Part shown: positions 9,332-17,247 of the stretch, piece after piece
Position numbering within the stretch: position 1 is the first letter of the stretch
Layout: the number at the start of each line of letters is the position of its first letter
DNA from: an uncultured Hyphomicrobiales bacterium
GTDB taxonomy: Bacteria; Pseudomonadota; Alphaproteobacteria; Rhizobiales; BM303
Assembly (NCBI GenBank): GCA_964542565.1
Contig: CAZIVB010000002.1
Location: forward strand, 1 to 38,155
Reading direction: 5' to 3'
DNA length: 38,155 bases
Notes under the pieces: generated by a model
Told to the model about the DNA's origin: nothing
Seen by the model: only the letters and a program-made list of their open reading frames with translations
Databases searched by the model: none
Translations under genes and position numbers: made by a program

Positions 9332-11405
9332 CTGTTTTCCCCGTAATTTTGAGCGCAAAAGCGGTTGAGAGCGCCCGTTCCTTCAGGGCGTCAAAGCGCC
9401 CCGAGGCCCCGGCATGGCCCGCATCCATGATGGTTTTGAGCAGCAATACGTTATCATCCGTTTTCAGAGCCCGTAATTTCGCCACCCATTTGGCCGGCTC
9501 CCAATAGGTTACCCGCGGATCGGTAAGCCCGGCAAGAGCCAGGATCGGCGGATAATCCTGCGCCGTGACATTGTCATAAGGCGCATAGGACGCGATGGTC
9601 TCATAGGCGGATTTGTCCGCAATCGGGTTGCCCCATTCGGGCCATTCCGGCGGGGTCAGCGGCAGGGTGTCATCCAGCATCGTGGTGAGCACATCGACAA
9701 AGGGCACATCGGCGATAATGGCGCCAAACAGCTCCGGCGCCATATTGGCAACCGCCCCCATCAGCATCCCGCCCGCCGAGCCGCCATGAGCTACGATACG
9801 GCCCCTTGAAGTGAATTTTTCCCGCGCCAGATAGTCCCCGGCGGCGATAAAATCGGTAAAAGTATTGATTTTATGCTCGCGCCGTCCGCTGGCGTACCAG
9901 TGATAGCCCTTTTCCATGCCGCCGCGGATATGGGCAATGGCATAGATAAAACCGCGGGTCACCAGCGACAGATTATTGGTTGAAAAGGCGGCCGGCATGC
10001 TCATACCATATGAGCCGTAACCATAAAGCAATAGCGGCGCGGAGCCATCAAGCGCGGTTCCCTTGGCGTAAAGAAGCGAGATGGGCACCAGCTCGCCGTC
10101 CTTTGCCGGCGCAAACACCCGCCTGGTGACATAATCGGCAGGCTCATGCCCCGATGGCACCTCCTGGGTCTTGCGCAAAACCCGGCTGCGTCTGCCCATG
10201 TCATAATCAAACACCTGCGCCGGCGTCGTCATTGATGAGTAGGAAAAGCGCAAAATATCCGTATCAAACTCATAGCCGCCTTCAGGCCCCAGCGAATACG
10301 CCTCCTCGTCAAAGGCGATTTCATGTTCAATACCGCTGGCGAATTCACGGATAACAATGCGCGGCAGGCCGTCTTCGCGCTCCAGCCTGACCAGATGACG
10401 CGCGGTGCAATTGTGCCACAAGATCAGCCGTCCGGGCTTGTGCGGCACAACATCCTCCCAGTGGCTTGTCCCGGCCTGCGCCAGCTTTGTGCGGACAATG
10501 CGGAAATCCTCCGCCTGCAAATTGGTGCGGATATACAGATACTCCCCGTGATGTTCCACATCATATTCATGACCGCGCGATCGCGCCGCAACCAGTATGG
10601 GCCCGGCATCAGGCCGGCTCAAATCAATCAGCCGGATTTCGGATGTCTGGTGGTCATGTGCATCAATGGCGAGGAATTCACGGCTTTGCAACCGGCTGAT
10701 ACCGGCAAAAAACCCCGCATCGGGTTCTTCATAGACAAGATGGTCCTCGGTCTTTTGCTCAAATTGACATAAAAAAACCTTCGACGGGCGGTGATTGGCG
10801 TCAAGCCGGGTGTAGTACAATGCCGCCGAATCGGCGCCCCAGACCGGGTCGCCATTGGTGTCGGGAATATCGCGCCCGGCCGCCTTGCCGCTTTGCGCCT
10901 CTAAAATGCGGATGGTGTAATATTCGGACCCCTTGTCGTCAAAGGCATAGGCAATGCGTTCATGATCCGGGCTGTGGGCCACAGCGGCGATATTGAAATA
11001 AGCCCGGCCTTTGGCAAGCGCATTGCCGTCAATGAGAATTTGCTCGTCCGAGGAGCCGGTTTTGCGGCGGCAGAAGATCGGGTGCTGGCCGCCGGTGATA
11101 AAACGCGTGTAATATTCATAAACGCCGTCTTTTGCCGGAACGCTGGCGTCATCTTCCTTGATGCGGCCCTTCATTTCTTCAAAAATCTGTTTCTGAAGCC
11201 CCCCGGTGTCGCGCATCCAGGCCGCTGTATATGCGTTTTCAGCTTCAAGATAGGCGCGGATTTCCCCGTCCAGCACATCGGGGTTGCGCATCACCTCCTG
11301 CCAGTTCCCAGCCCTCAGCCAGGCATAGTCATCATGGCGGGTAATGCCGTGACGGGTATCGCTTTGGGTCCGCTTTGCCGCTTTGGGCGGTGCTTCCATG
11401 CTCAT
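9324..11405 (-). CDS. ptrB: S9 family serine peptidase, oligopeptidase B / prolyl oligopeptidase type
   Basis: 693 aa with an N-terminal beta-propeller-like region and a C-terminal hydrolase domain (HGGSAGGMLMG nucleophile elbow, DPRVTYWEPAKW, GHAG). Its start overlaps the msrB stop (ATGA). Confidence 0.85.
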   Translation of the reverse strand: MSMEAPPKAAKRTQSDTRHGITRHDDYAWLRAGNWQEVMRNPDVLDGEIRAYLEAENAYTAAWMRDTGGLQKQIFEEMKGRIKEDDASVPAKDGVYEYYTRFITGGQHPIFCRRKTGSSDEQILIDGNALAKGRAYFNIAAVAHSPDHERIAYAFDDKGSEYYTIRILEAQSGKAAGRDIPDTNGDPVWGADSAALYYTRLDANHRPSKVFLCQFEQKTEDHLVYEEPDAGFFAGISRLQSREFLAIDAHDHQTSEIRLIDLSRPDAGPILVAARSRGHEYDVEHHGEYLYIRTNLQAEDFRIVRTKLAQAGTSHWEDVVPHKPGRLILWHNCTARHLVRLEREDGLPRIVIREFASGIEHEIAFDEEAYSLGPEGGYEFDTDILRFSYSSMTTPAQVFDYDMGRRSRVLRKTQEVPSGHEPADYVTRRVFAPAKDGELVPISLLYAKGTALDGSAPLLLYGYGSYGMSMPAAFSTNNLSLVTRGFIYAIAHIRGGMEKGYHWYASGRREHKINTFTDFIAAGDYLAREKFTSRGRIVAHGGSAGGMLMGAVANMAPELFGAIIADVPFVDVLTTMLDDTLPLTPPEWPEWGNPIADKSAYETIASYAPYDNVTAQDYPPILALAGLTDPRVTYWEPAKWVAKLRALKTDDNVLLLKTIMDAGHAGASGRFDALKERALSTAFALKITGKTDA

Positions 11406-11800
11406 TTTACCTCATCGCTTTTCAGATCAAGCGCCGCGCCGTTAATGCAATAGCGCAAACCCGTGGGCTCTGGCCCGTCCTCAAAGACATGTCCCAGATG
11501 CGCATCGCAAGCAGCGCAGCGCACTTCCGTGCGGCGCCGGAACAAGGAGCGGTCATTATGTTCTGAAACGGCCCTCTCGCTGACCGGCGCGTAATAGCTG
11601 GGCCAGCCCGAGCCGGAATCATATTTTGCCTCCGATGGAAACAGCGCCGCGCCGCAGCAGATGCAATGATAAACGCCGCTGCGTTCCTCATATGCGTAGC
11701 TGTGCGAAAACGCCTGTTCGGTTCCGTGCTTGCGGGTGATCCGGTACGCTTCGGGGCTGAGTTTTGCCTGCCACTGGGCGTCGGTTTTCGTGATTTTCAT
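11402..11800 (-). CDS. msrB: peptide-methionine (R)-S-oxide reductase MsrB
   Basis: Has CxxC...CxxC zinc cysteines (YHCICCGAALF, VRCAACDAHLGHVF) and the GWPS block. I prefer the start at ATG 11800 (MKITKTDAQW). The track start at 11872 adds 24 residues that look non-conserved. Confidence 0.9.
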   Translation of the reverse strand: MKITKTDAQWQAKLSPEAYRITRKHGTEQAFSHSYAYEERSGVYHCICCGAALFPSEAKYDSGSGWPSYYAPVSERAVSEHNDRSLFRRRTEVRCAACDAHLGHVFEDGPEPTGLRYCINGAALDLKSDEVK

Positions 11801-12126
11801 CCTGTTTGCATCCATTTTTAACATACGATACTTGTAAATTGCCAATTCCATCTTATCTCGAATAATGCTCAAACAAGTTGGATTTGCAACTGATAGTGAA
11901 AAAAATCCACTATTTTAACCTTATTCAGGTTGTGCTTGCCAGGACGGGATAAAATGACCAAAAATTAATAAAAAAAATCTTGTTATTTCCGCAACGCGGT
12001 CTATTTATAAGTATCTGCCCTGAAAATTTCACTATTTGATTCTGTATTTGCAGTGGAAGAGGGTCAGGTAACAAAGATCAAACTAAAAACGGAAACTCAA
12101 AGAATATTTTGAGTCAGGAAAGTACC

Positions 12127-12546
12127 ATGAGCGAAGAACAAAACAACGCGGAGATCATTGAGTTTACGACGGACATCGTCGCCGCCTATGTCGGCAACAA
12201 TGTTGTGTCAACGGGAGATCTTCCCGCATTGATCGGAGAAATTTACAAAGCCCTCAGCAAGGCCGCAAAAAGTGGTGATGAGCCCGCCGCCGCCCCGCTG
12301 AAACCGGCCGTGCCGACCAAGAAGTCCCTGACCGATGATTATCTCATCTGCCTAGAGGACGGAAAAAAATTCAAATCCCTTAAACGCCACCTGCGCACCC
12401 ATTATAACCTGACGCCGGAAGAGTATCGCGAGAAATGGGGTCTGCCGCCGAACTACCCGATGGTGGCTCCCAATTACGCCGCCGCGCGTTCGCGTCTGGC
12501 CAAGGAAATCGGTCTGGGGCAGAAGAAACGCCTCAAAAAGAAATAA
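12127..12546 (+). CDS. mucR: MucR/Ros family zinc-finger transcriptional regulator
   Basis: CLEDGKKFKSLKRHLRTHYNLTPEEYREKWGLPPNYPMVAPNYAAARS is the Ros/MucR C2H2-like finger. ATG 12127 is preceded by an AGGAAAG RBS. The track uses TTG 12109. Confidence 0.9.
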   Translation: MSEEQNNAEIIEFTTDIVAAYVGNNVVSTGDLPALIGEIYKALSKAAKSGDEPAAAPLKPAVPTKKSLTDDYLICLEDGKKFKSLKRHLRTHYNLTPEEYREKWGLPPNYPMVAPNYAAARSRLAKEIGLGQKKRLKKK

Positions 12547-12636
12547 AACACCCATAAATTTACATTTTGTTTGCAAGACCTGCCGACCGGAGATTGTCAA
12601 TATCTGGTAGGCGGCGGGGCAAAATGAAATAAATAT

Positions 12637-12668
12637 GCTGTCTGGCCGTGGGTCAGGCAGCTTTTTTA
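12637..12668 (+). terminator. rho-independent terminator downstream of mucR
   Basis: GCTGTCTGGCC-GTG-GGTCAGGCAGC forms an 11-bp stem including two G:U pairs, followed by TTTTTT. Confidence 0.6.
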
Positions 12669-12773
12669 TGGGTCTCTTACACTTAAGGTAAACACAGAGT
12701 TAATATTTTTCCTTGTCAGGATTCATCAGTGGATTCATACTCTTAACTGATTCGTTTTCAGGTCGGGGGGGAT

Positions 12774-13277
12774 ATGACCGGGATTTCAGAACTTGCTTTT
12801 CGCACCCAATTGGTGATTCCAGAACAAAAAACACTCTTTGATTACTGGCACGCCAGGACGAAAGGCGGCCGGCTGCCGGGCCGGAATGATATCAGCCCGG
12901 CCGGGTTTGCCCGCCTGCTGCCGATGATCAGCCTTATTGATGTCGAGCGCTCGCCCAAGCGCTACCGCATTCGTCTTGCCGGGACCGGCCTGCACGATAT
13001 TTATCAAAATGAAATCACCGGAAAATATCTCGATGAGTTTGACCGGGACTGCAAGGGCGAATACTGGCTTTCCGCCTGCTGCCGGGTTGTTGACCGCAAG
13101 AAACCGGCCCAGGGGATCATCCGCTCCACCATAAAATCACAGGATCACCTGGTGCAGTTCTGGCTGCGCCTGCCGCTCTCATGTGACGGCAATGAGGTCA
13201 ACATGATTTTATGCCATGACAGCTTTATCTCCATGCAAAAGGCAAAGCACCTGACAAAACAAAGCCTTGCCAGTTAA
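12774..13277 (+). CDS. PAS-domain protein (PAS_5 / PF07310-like, alphaproteobacterial)
   Basis: 167 aa. LFDYWHARTKGGRLPGRNDISPAGFARLLPMISLIDVE...YRIRLAGTGL matches my recollection of the PAS_5 family. Confidence 0.65.
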   Translation: MTGISELAFRTQLVIPEQKTLFDYWHARTKGGRLPGRNDISPAGFARLLPMISLIDVERSPKRYRIRLAGTGLHDIYQNEITGKYLDEFDRDCKGEYWLSACCRVVDRKKPAQGIIRSTIKSQDHLVQFWLRLPLSCDGNEVNMILCHDSFISMQKAKHLTKQSLAS

Positions 13278-13316
13278 TTTTCGCGCACTTTTCACGCTAA
13301 ACAACACAAATAGTTT

Positions 13317-13344
13317 CGTCATTCCCGCCTGCGCGGGAATGACG
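13317..13344. repeat. REP-like perfect palindrome (12-bp stem, 4-nt loop) with ATTCCC-N8-GGGAAT core
   Basis: CGTCATTCCCGC-CTGC-GCGGGAATGACG sits between convergent genes. Neither strand has a T-run after the stem, so it is not a canonical intrinsic terminator. Confidence 0.6.
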
Positions 13345-13377
13345 AAAAAAGGAATAGAAAGCGCAAAACAGCTACTG

Positions 13378-13755
13378 TTATGTACTGTGGGGCCGTTTCA
13401 ATTTTCGCAAAAAAGCAAGCTCGGCCCTGAGCGCCTGCCTGAGCCCGATATGCCGGTTGAGATCATAGGCCCAGTGCCCCTGTTTGCCAAGCCGGCGTTC
13501 ATGGCGTATCGCGCCGTAAAGACGCCGTATGATGCTCAATGTCTCTGAAGCCGCCTCGCGGCTTTCATGCGTAGAATCATAGCTGATCAGTCGCGGCAGG
13601 TGCCGCTTGCGTTCATAAAAATCCGCCCCGCCAATTATTGTCAGATTGATGGCGCGCCGGAGGCGGCTGCGCAAATCGCCAAATTCATTTCTCCGCAAAT
13701 TCTCTGTGCTGTCCGGGTTCATTGTCCCATCCTTGAAACCTGTATGAAGTTCCAA
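13378..13755 (-). CDS. small hypothetical protein, possibly DUF6477 family
   Basis: 125-aa ORF (alternative start M12 at 13722). The Arg-rich helical sequence ...ADFYERKRHLPRLI...HWAYDLNRHIGLRQALRAELAFL resembles my memory of DUF6477. This is unverified. Confidence 0.45.
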   Translation of the reverse strand: MELHTGFKDGTMNPDSTENLRRNEFGDLRSRLRRAINLTIIGGADFYERKRHLPRLISYDSTHESREAASETLSIIRRLYGAIRHERRLGKQGHWAYDLNRHIGLRQALRAELAFLRKLKRPHST

Positions 13756-13806
13756 GCATGGGCTTTGTGAAAGCCGCGGGGATTACTATTTCACCGCCCC
13801 TTCGTT

Positions 13807-14379
13807 TTAATAATATTCAACCTGCATGATAATCCGCGCCGCCCATTCCAGTTCCTGATCATAAAGCGTTTCCGCCTCGCACCGGATCGGCACCAGCGTA
13901 AAGCGCTCGCCGCTGCCCCGGATGATGCGCCGCAGCAAGGTTGCGCCGCTGGCAAGATGCGCCAGCGCGTCACAGCCCAGGGCGTTGGACATGCTGCGGC
14001 CGTAAAATCGCTCCGCGATCAGAATCGCATCCTTGCCATAAGGCCCGATTGTCCGGCTGACGCTGATGGCGACCGGATCGATCGCCGGTATTGAAATCCG
14101 GAAACTGCTTTCCTCGTTCAGCGCGCTGGCCGGTTTGTGCAGCGCCCCGTTGCCCTCAATCCTGCCCAGCAGCGGAATATCGCCCCGCGCGCCGCCTTCG
14201 AGCAAATCCACCGGATGAATATCAAGCGCCCGGCTGAGTTTTTCCAGCCAGTCGATGGAAACCGTCATATTTCCCGTTTCCAGCCTTTGTATGGTCTGTG
14301 CTGTCGTGTTGGTGCGCGCGGCAAGTTGTTGCAGGGTGAGGCCGCGCGCTTTTCGCATCTGGCGTATTCGTGTTTGCAT
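13807..14379 (-). CDS. XRE-family HTH regulator with CI/LexA-like C-terminal domain
   Basis: MQTRIRQMRKARGLTLQQLAARTNTTAQTIQRLETG is a classic XRE HTH. The start at ATG 14379 is preceded by AGGAGGGAG. The C-terminal ~110 aa begin with IPLLGRIEG, as S24-type domains do. Confidence 0.8.
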   Translation of the reverse strand: MQTRIRQMRKARGLTLQQLAARTNTTAQTIQRLETGNMTVSIDWLEKLSRALDIHPVDLLEGGARGDIPLLGRIEGNGALHKPASALNEESSFRISIPAIDPVAISVSRTIGPYGKDAILIAERFYGRSMSNALGCDALAHLASGATLLRRIIRGSGERFTLVPIRCEAETLYDQELEWAARIIMQVEYY

Positions 14380-14438
14380 AACTCTCCCTCCTATCCGCCT
14401 TTTTGCCATATTTTGCATAAAAAACCCCAATACCGAAA

Positions 14439-14466
14439 AAAATTATCCCCGCGCCGCAAAATTATC
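14439..14466. promoter_or_regulatory. direct repeat AAAATTATC x2 (19 bp apart) in the divergent XRE / gafY-like intergenic region; candidate operator
   Basis: Exact 9-mers at 14439-14447 and 14458-14466 lie inside the 194-bp divergent promoter region. Confidence 0.25.
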
Positions 14467-14573
14467 GTAAAAATCTAACACAAGAGGGATATATTCCTAC
14501 AACCAATAGGGGTATGTATCTCAGGGGTCCCATATGGATCCGTGTATCAGTCAGGCGAGGAGGAGCAATAGTC

Positions 14574-14966
14574 ATGAATGGCAGGGGAAAACAAACGCAA
14601 ATCGGCCGCAACCAGGAACAAAAGGCAATCCCCGTATTGGGAGATATGCAGGCGATGGCCTTGCAGCGGCAGATCGAAAAAAGTGTCTCCAGCGCCTTCC
14701 ATGTTCCAGAACGCGAGTTGCGCGCCCGCACCCGCCGCAAGGCCCATACCGCTTTTGCGCGCCAGGTGGCGATGTATCTGGCCCATGTCGGCTGCGGCAT
14801 GAGCTACAGCGAGGTTGGCCGCCTTTTCGGCCGCGACCGCACCACGGCGGCCCATGCCTGCCGCCTCATCGAGGACCGGCGCGACGATCCGGGGCTTGAT
14901 CTTTCGCTCGATCATCTCGAACAGGCGGTTCGCCACTGGGCCGACCGCCGCATCATGCACTCTTGA
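14574..14966 (+). CDS. DnaA-domain-IV-like HTH protein (GafY-like / N-terminal half of GafA-type GTA activator)
   Basis: RRKAHTAFARQVAMYLAHVGCGMSYSEVGRLFGRDRTTAAHACRLIEDRR resembles the DnaA C-terminal DNA-binding domain. ATG 14574 is preceded by GAGGAGGAG. The track start at 14514 lacks an RBS. Confidence 0.7.
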   Translation: MNGRGKQTQIGRNQEQKAIPVLGDMQAMALQRQIEKSVSSAFHVPERELRARTRRKAHTAFARQVAMYLAHVGCGMSYSEVGRLFGRDRTTAAHACRLIEDRRDDPGLDLSLDHLEQAVRHWADRRIMHS

Positions 14967-14977
14967 GGGAGAAGAAG

Positions 14978-15886
14978 ATGGCCCGCGCAAAACCATATCA
15001 ACCGGTCAACCGCGAAATAAATCGCGAAGCCCGGCGGATTTTCAGATTGCTTGTCAAACCCGGGCGCTTTCTCGCCAGACTGGAAGGAAAAGACGGCCAA
15101 TTTGGCGTCCTCAGCAGGAGAACCCGCAATTGCCGGGCCTCGGTCATCACGACAAGGGCTTTTGTTGACGCCTTCATCGCAAAAGGCTGGATCAGCGCTG
15201 CATCCGGAGACGGATGGGTGCTGAACGATGCCGGCGCTGCGTGGCTGCGTCGCATACAGGCCGCCGAGGACCCCTTTCTCGCCCAGCACCGCCTGAACGC
15301 GGTCCGGACGATCGAAGCCGCCGATGGCGCGCTTGAGATTTTACCGGTGAATGAAGGCGAGGATCCGCTCGGCTGGCTGCGGGCGCGCAAGGGAAGGGGC
15401 GGCAAGCCGCTGCTCGGCAGCGCCCAGCTGGAGGCGGGTTTGCGCCTTCGCCGTGATTTTACCCATGGGCATTTCACCCCGCGCATGACGGCAAGCTGGC
15501 AGCAAGCCGGACAGGGCCGCAAGGGCAGGCGAAACCGGGCGGGCGGCGGCGTTGAGCTGAGTGACGCCGCCCTCGCCGCGCGTCAGCGTTTCCGCAAAAG
15601 CCTTGCGGCGGTGGGGCCGGAACTCTCGGGCGTACTGGTGGATATCTGCTGTTTTTTAACCGGGCTGGAGGATGCGGAAAAAATCAATGGCTGGCCGCAG
15701 CGTTCCGGCAAGCTGGTGCTGCAAATGGCCCTGAGCGCCCTTGCGCGCCACTATGGCCTGATATCGGATCAGGGCTCCGGCCGGCGAAATCCGGTGCGGC
15801 ACTGGGGGGCGGAGGATTACCGCCCGCATTTTGACGCCGATGCGGCGGGGGCTCAGGACGAAAGCGCCTTGCGCGCCTCATCCTGA
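14978..15886 (+). CDS. DUF6456-like protein (GafZ-like / C-terminal half of GafA-type GTA activator)
   Basis: Conserved-looking blocks: EDPLGWLRARKG..GKPLL, QLEAGLRLRRDF, AARQRF, GPELSGVLVDICCFLTGLE, GWPQRSGKLVLQMAL..LARHYG. ATG 14978 follows a GAGGGAG RBS and lies 11 nt after the upstream stop. Confidence 0.65.
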   Translation: MARAKPYQPVNREINREARRIFRLLVKPGRFLARLEGKDGQFGVLSRRTRNCRASVITTRAFVDAFIAKGWISAASGDGWVLNDAGAAWLRRIQAAEDPFLAQHRLNAVRTIEAADGALEILPVNEGEDPLGWLRARKGRGGKPLLGSAQLEAGLRLRRDFTHGHFTPRMTASWQQAGQGRKGRRNRAGGGVELSDAALAARQRFRKSLAAVGPELSGVLVDICCFLTGLEDAEKINGWPQRSGKLVLQMALSALARHYGLISDQGSGRRNPVRHWGAEDYRPHFDADAAGAQDESALRASS

Positions 15887-16281
15887 ATGCGCTTCACCAT
15901 GGAGGCAAGACCGTTCGAGCGCTGCGGCGTCAAATGGTCCTGAAGGCCGATCCTGGCCAAAATGGCCAGCCCGTCGGTTGCAAGAATCTCCGCCGCCGTT
16001 TTGCCGGAATAAACCTCCAGCAGAATAGACACCAGCCCGCGCACGATATGAGCATCAGAATCGCCAATAAAATTCAGCACCGGAGCGCCGCCATCCTCGC
16101 CCGGCTCAATCCGGGTATAGAGCCAGACCTGCGAGACGCAGCCATGCACTTTATTTTGCTCGTTTCGCTCCTCATCCGGCAAAGGCTTCAGCTTGCGGCC
16201 CAGCTCAATGACATACTGGTACTTGTCTTCCCAGTCCTCAAGCAGTTCAAAATCTTCGATCAGTTGCTGAATTGACATCAC
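15853..16281 (-). CDS. sufE: SufE-family sulfur acceptor protein
   Basis: 142 aa. ...NKVHGCVSQVWLY (active-site Cys block) ...GDSDAHIVRGL...LTPQRSNGL are typical of SufE/CsdE. Confidence 0.85.
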   Translation of the reverse strand: MMSIQQLIEDFELLEDWEDKYQYVIELGRKLKPLPDEERNEQNKVHGCVSQVWLYTRIEPGEDGGAPVLNFIGDSDAHIVRGLVSILLEVYSGKTAAEILATDGLAILARIGLQDHLTPQRSNGLASMVKRIQDEARKALSS

Positions 16282-16369
16282 ATCTCACAAATGAATTTCA
16301 TCCATGCAGACACATAAGCGCATTTACCGCCGGGAACAATATGCCGGGAGAGATATACAAGAAAGGGAT

Positions 16370-16432
16370 AAAAAAATTCGCGCACCCGGATTACGGCAAA
16401 AGGGCAGGGGAAAGCCGCTTCCTGGGTGCGCG
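16370..16432 (-). terminator. possible terminator-like hairpin downstream of the DUF5330-like gene
   Basis: On the minus strand CGCGCACCC...GGGTGCGCG forms a 9-bp stem with a long 36-nt loop, followed by AATTTTTTT. The loop size is atypical. Confidence 0.3.
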
Positions 16433-16537
16433 CCCCGGCAAACTGTGTTGCCGGTATTCAGTCAGGTTCAAAGCGAACCTTGGGGGTATCTTTTCGTCAA
16501 CTGCCTGCCACAGTGGTTTCAGAGGGTTGGAATGCGC

Positions 16538-16990
16538 TCACGCATTGTCGGCGGGGCCTTTCCATGCCGGTTCCAGATCCTCGCGTCTCAGCGTATTTTG
16601 CGATTGCCGCTCCAGAGCGCTTCTGCTCTGCGGGGATATCAGGCGGTCGGCCTTGTTAATCGGGTCCATTTTGCCTGAAAGAGCCGGTTGTGCGCCGGAA
16701 ACAGGTGTCTTTTCAACCGCCGGTGTGTTTGTCCCCGCCGCCCATTCATAGAGCATGCTGGCGCCGTATTTGGCCTTGTCGGCAAAGACTTTCACCGCGC
16801 TCTGGCCGGTTTCACACACCGCCGGGTTGCGGCCGCAAAATCCGACAAGATCGCTTGCCGTATCGCTGGCGGCCGATACGGCCTGATTCAGGGAGACTTT
16901 GCTCGCGCTGTCTTCAGCCTTGTCGTCGCGCCCGGTTGGAAGAAGAAGGATGACTATGGAGAGCCAGAAGGCTGTGCGTAAGAGGTTCAT
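16538..16990 (-). CDS. secreted/membrane-anchored hypothetical protein, DUF5330-like
   Basis: MNLLRTAFWLSIVILLLP signal/anchor plus a GFCGRNPAVCETG block. I prefer ATG 16990, because the track start at 17008 is TTG. Confidence 0.6.
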   Translation of the reverse strand: MNLLRTAFWLSIVILLLPTGRDDKAEDSASKVSLNQAVSAASDTASDLVGFCGRNPAVCETGQSAVKVFADKAKYGASMLYEWAAGTNTPAVEKTPVSGAQPALSGKMDPINKADRLISPQSRSALERQSQNTLRREDLEPAWKGPADNA

Positions 16991-17213
16991 GGTTTTGCCC
17001 TTTTCCAAAAAACAACGCCTGTTATGTTGTTGTTGCGTTGCATATGTCGTTTTACTTGTTTCGTGTTGTTGTTATGCTCAGCAATATAGAAAAGAAAACC
17101 ATAGAATAAATAAATACCGGTATGAATATTTAAATCAATATGTATTAATATTTACAAAAAAATTTATATACTAAAACTATAAAACAATACGACAGATATT
17201 CTCGAAAAAATTA

Positions 17214-17247
17214 CCTGAAATAAAAATAGGTTTTTCAGGGTTTTTTT
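17214..17247. terminator. AT-rich hairpin flanked by T-runs on both strands (bidirectional terminator-like)
   Basis: CCTGAAA-N12-TTTCAGG is followed by G+T7 on the + strand. On the - strand the same stem is followed by TAATTTTTT. Confidence 0.3.

Noticed and set aside
13267-13548. 93-aa + strand ORF crossing the REP-like palindrome
   Set aside because: It reads through the palindrome (giving the tell-tale VIPACAGMT peptide) and then runs antisense to the 13378-13755 gene. It is most likely spurious.
14547-15522. Two - strand ORFs (149 and 174 aa) opposite the gafY/gafZ-like genes
   Set aside because: They are antisense shadows. The + strand ORFs have strong RBSs and conserved-looking blocks, and the - strand translations are Ser/Arg/Pro/Ala low complexity.
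15853-15886. 34-nt convergent overlap of the gafZ-like and sufE 3' ends
   Set aside because: Convergent 3' overlaps are common in compact GC-rich genomes. I saw nothing suggesting a regulatory antisense mechanism beyond the overlap itself.
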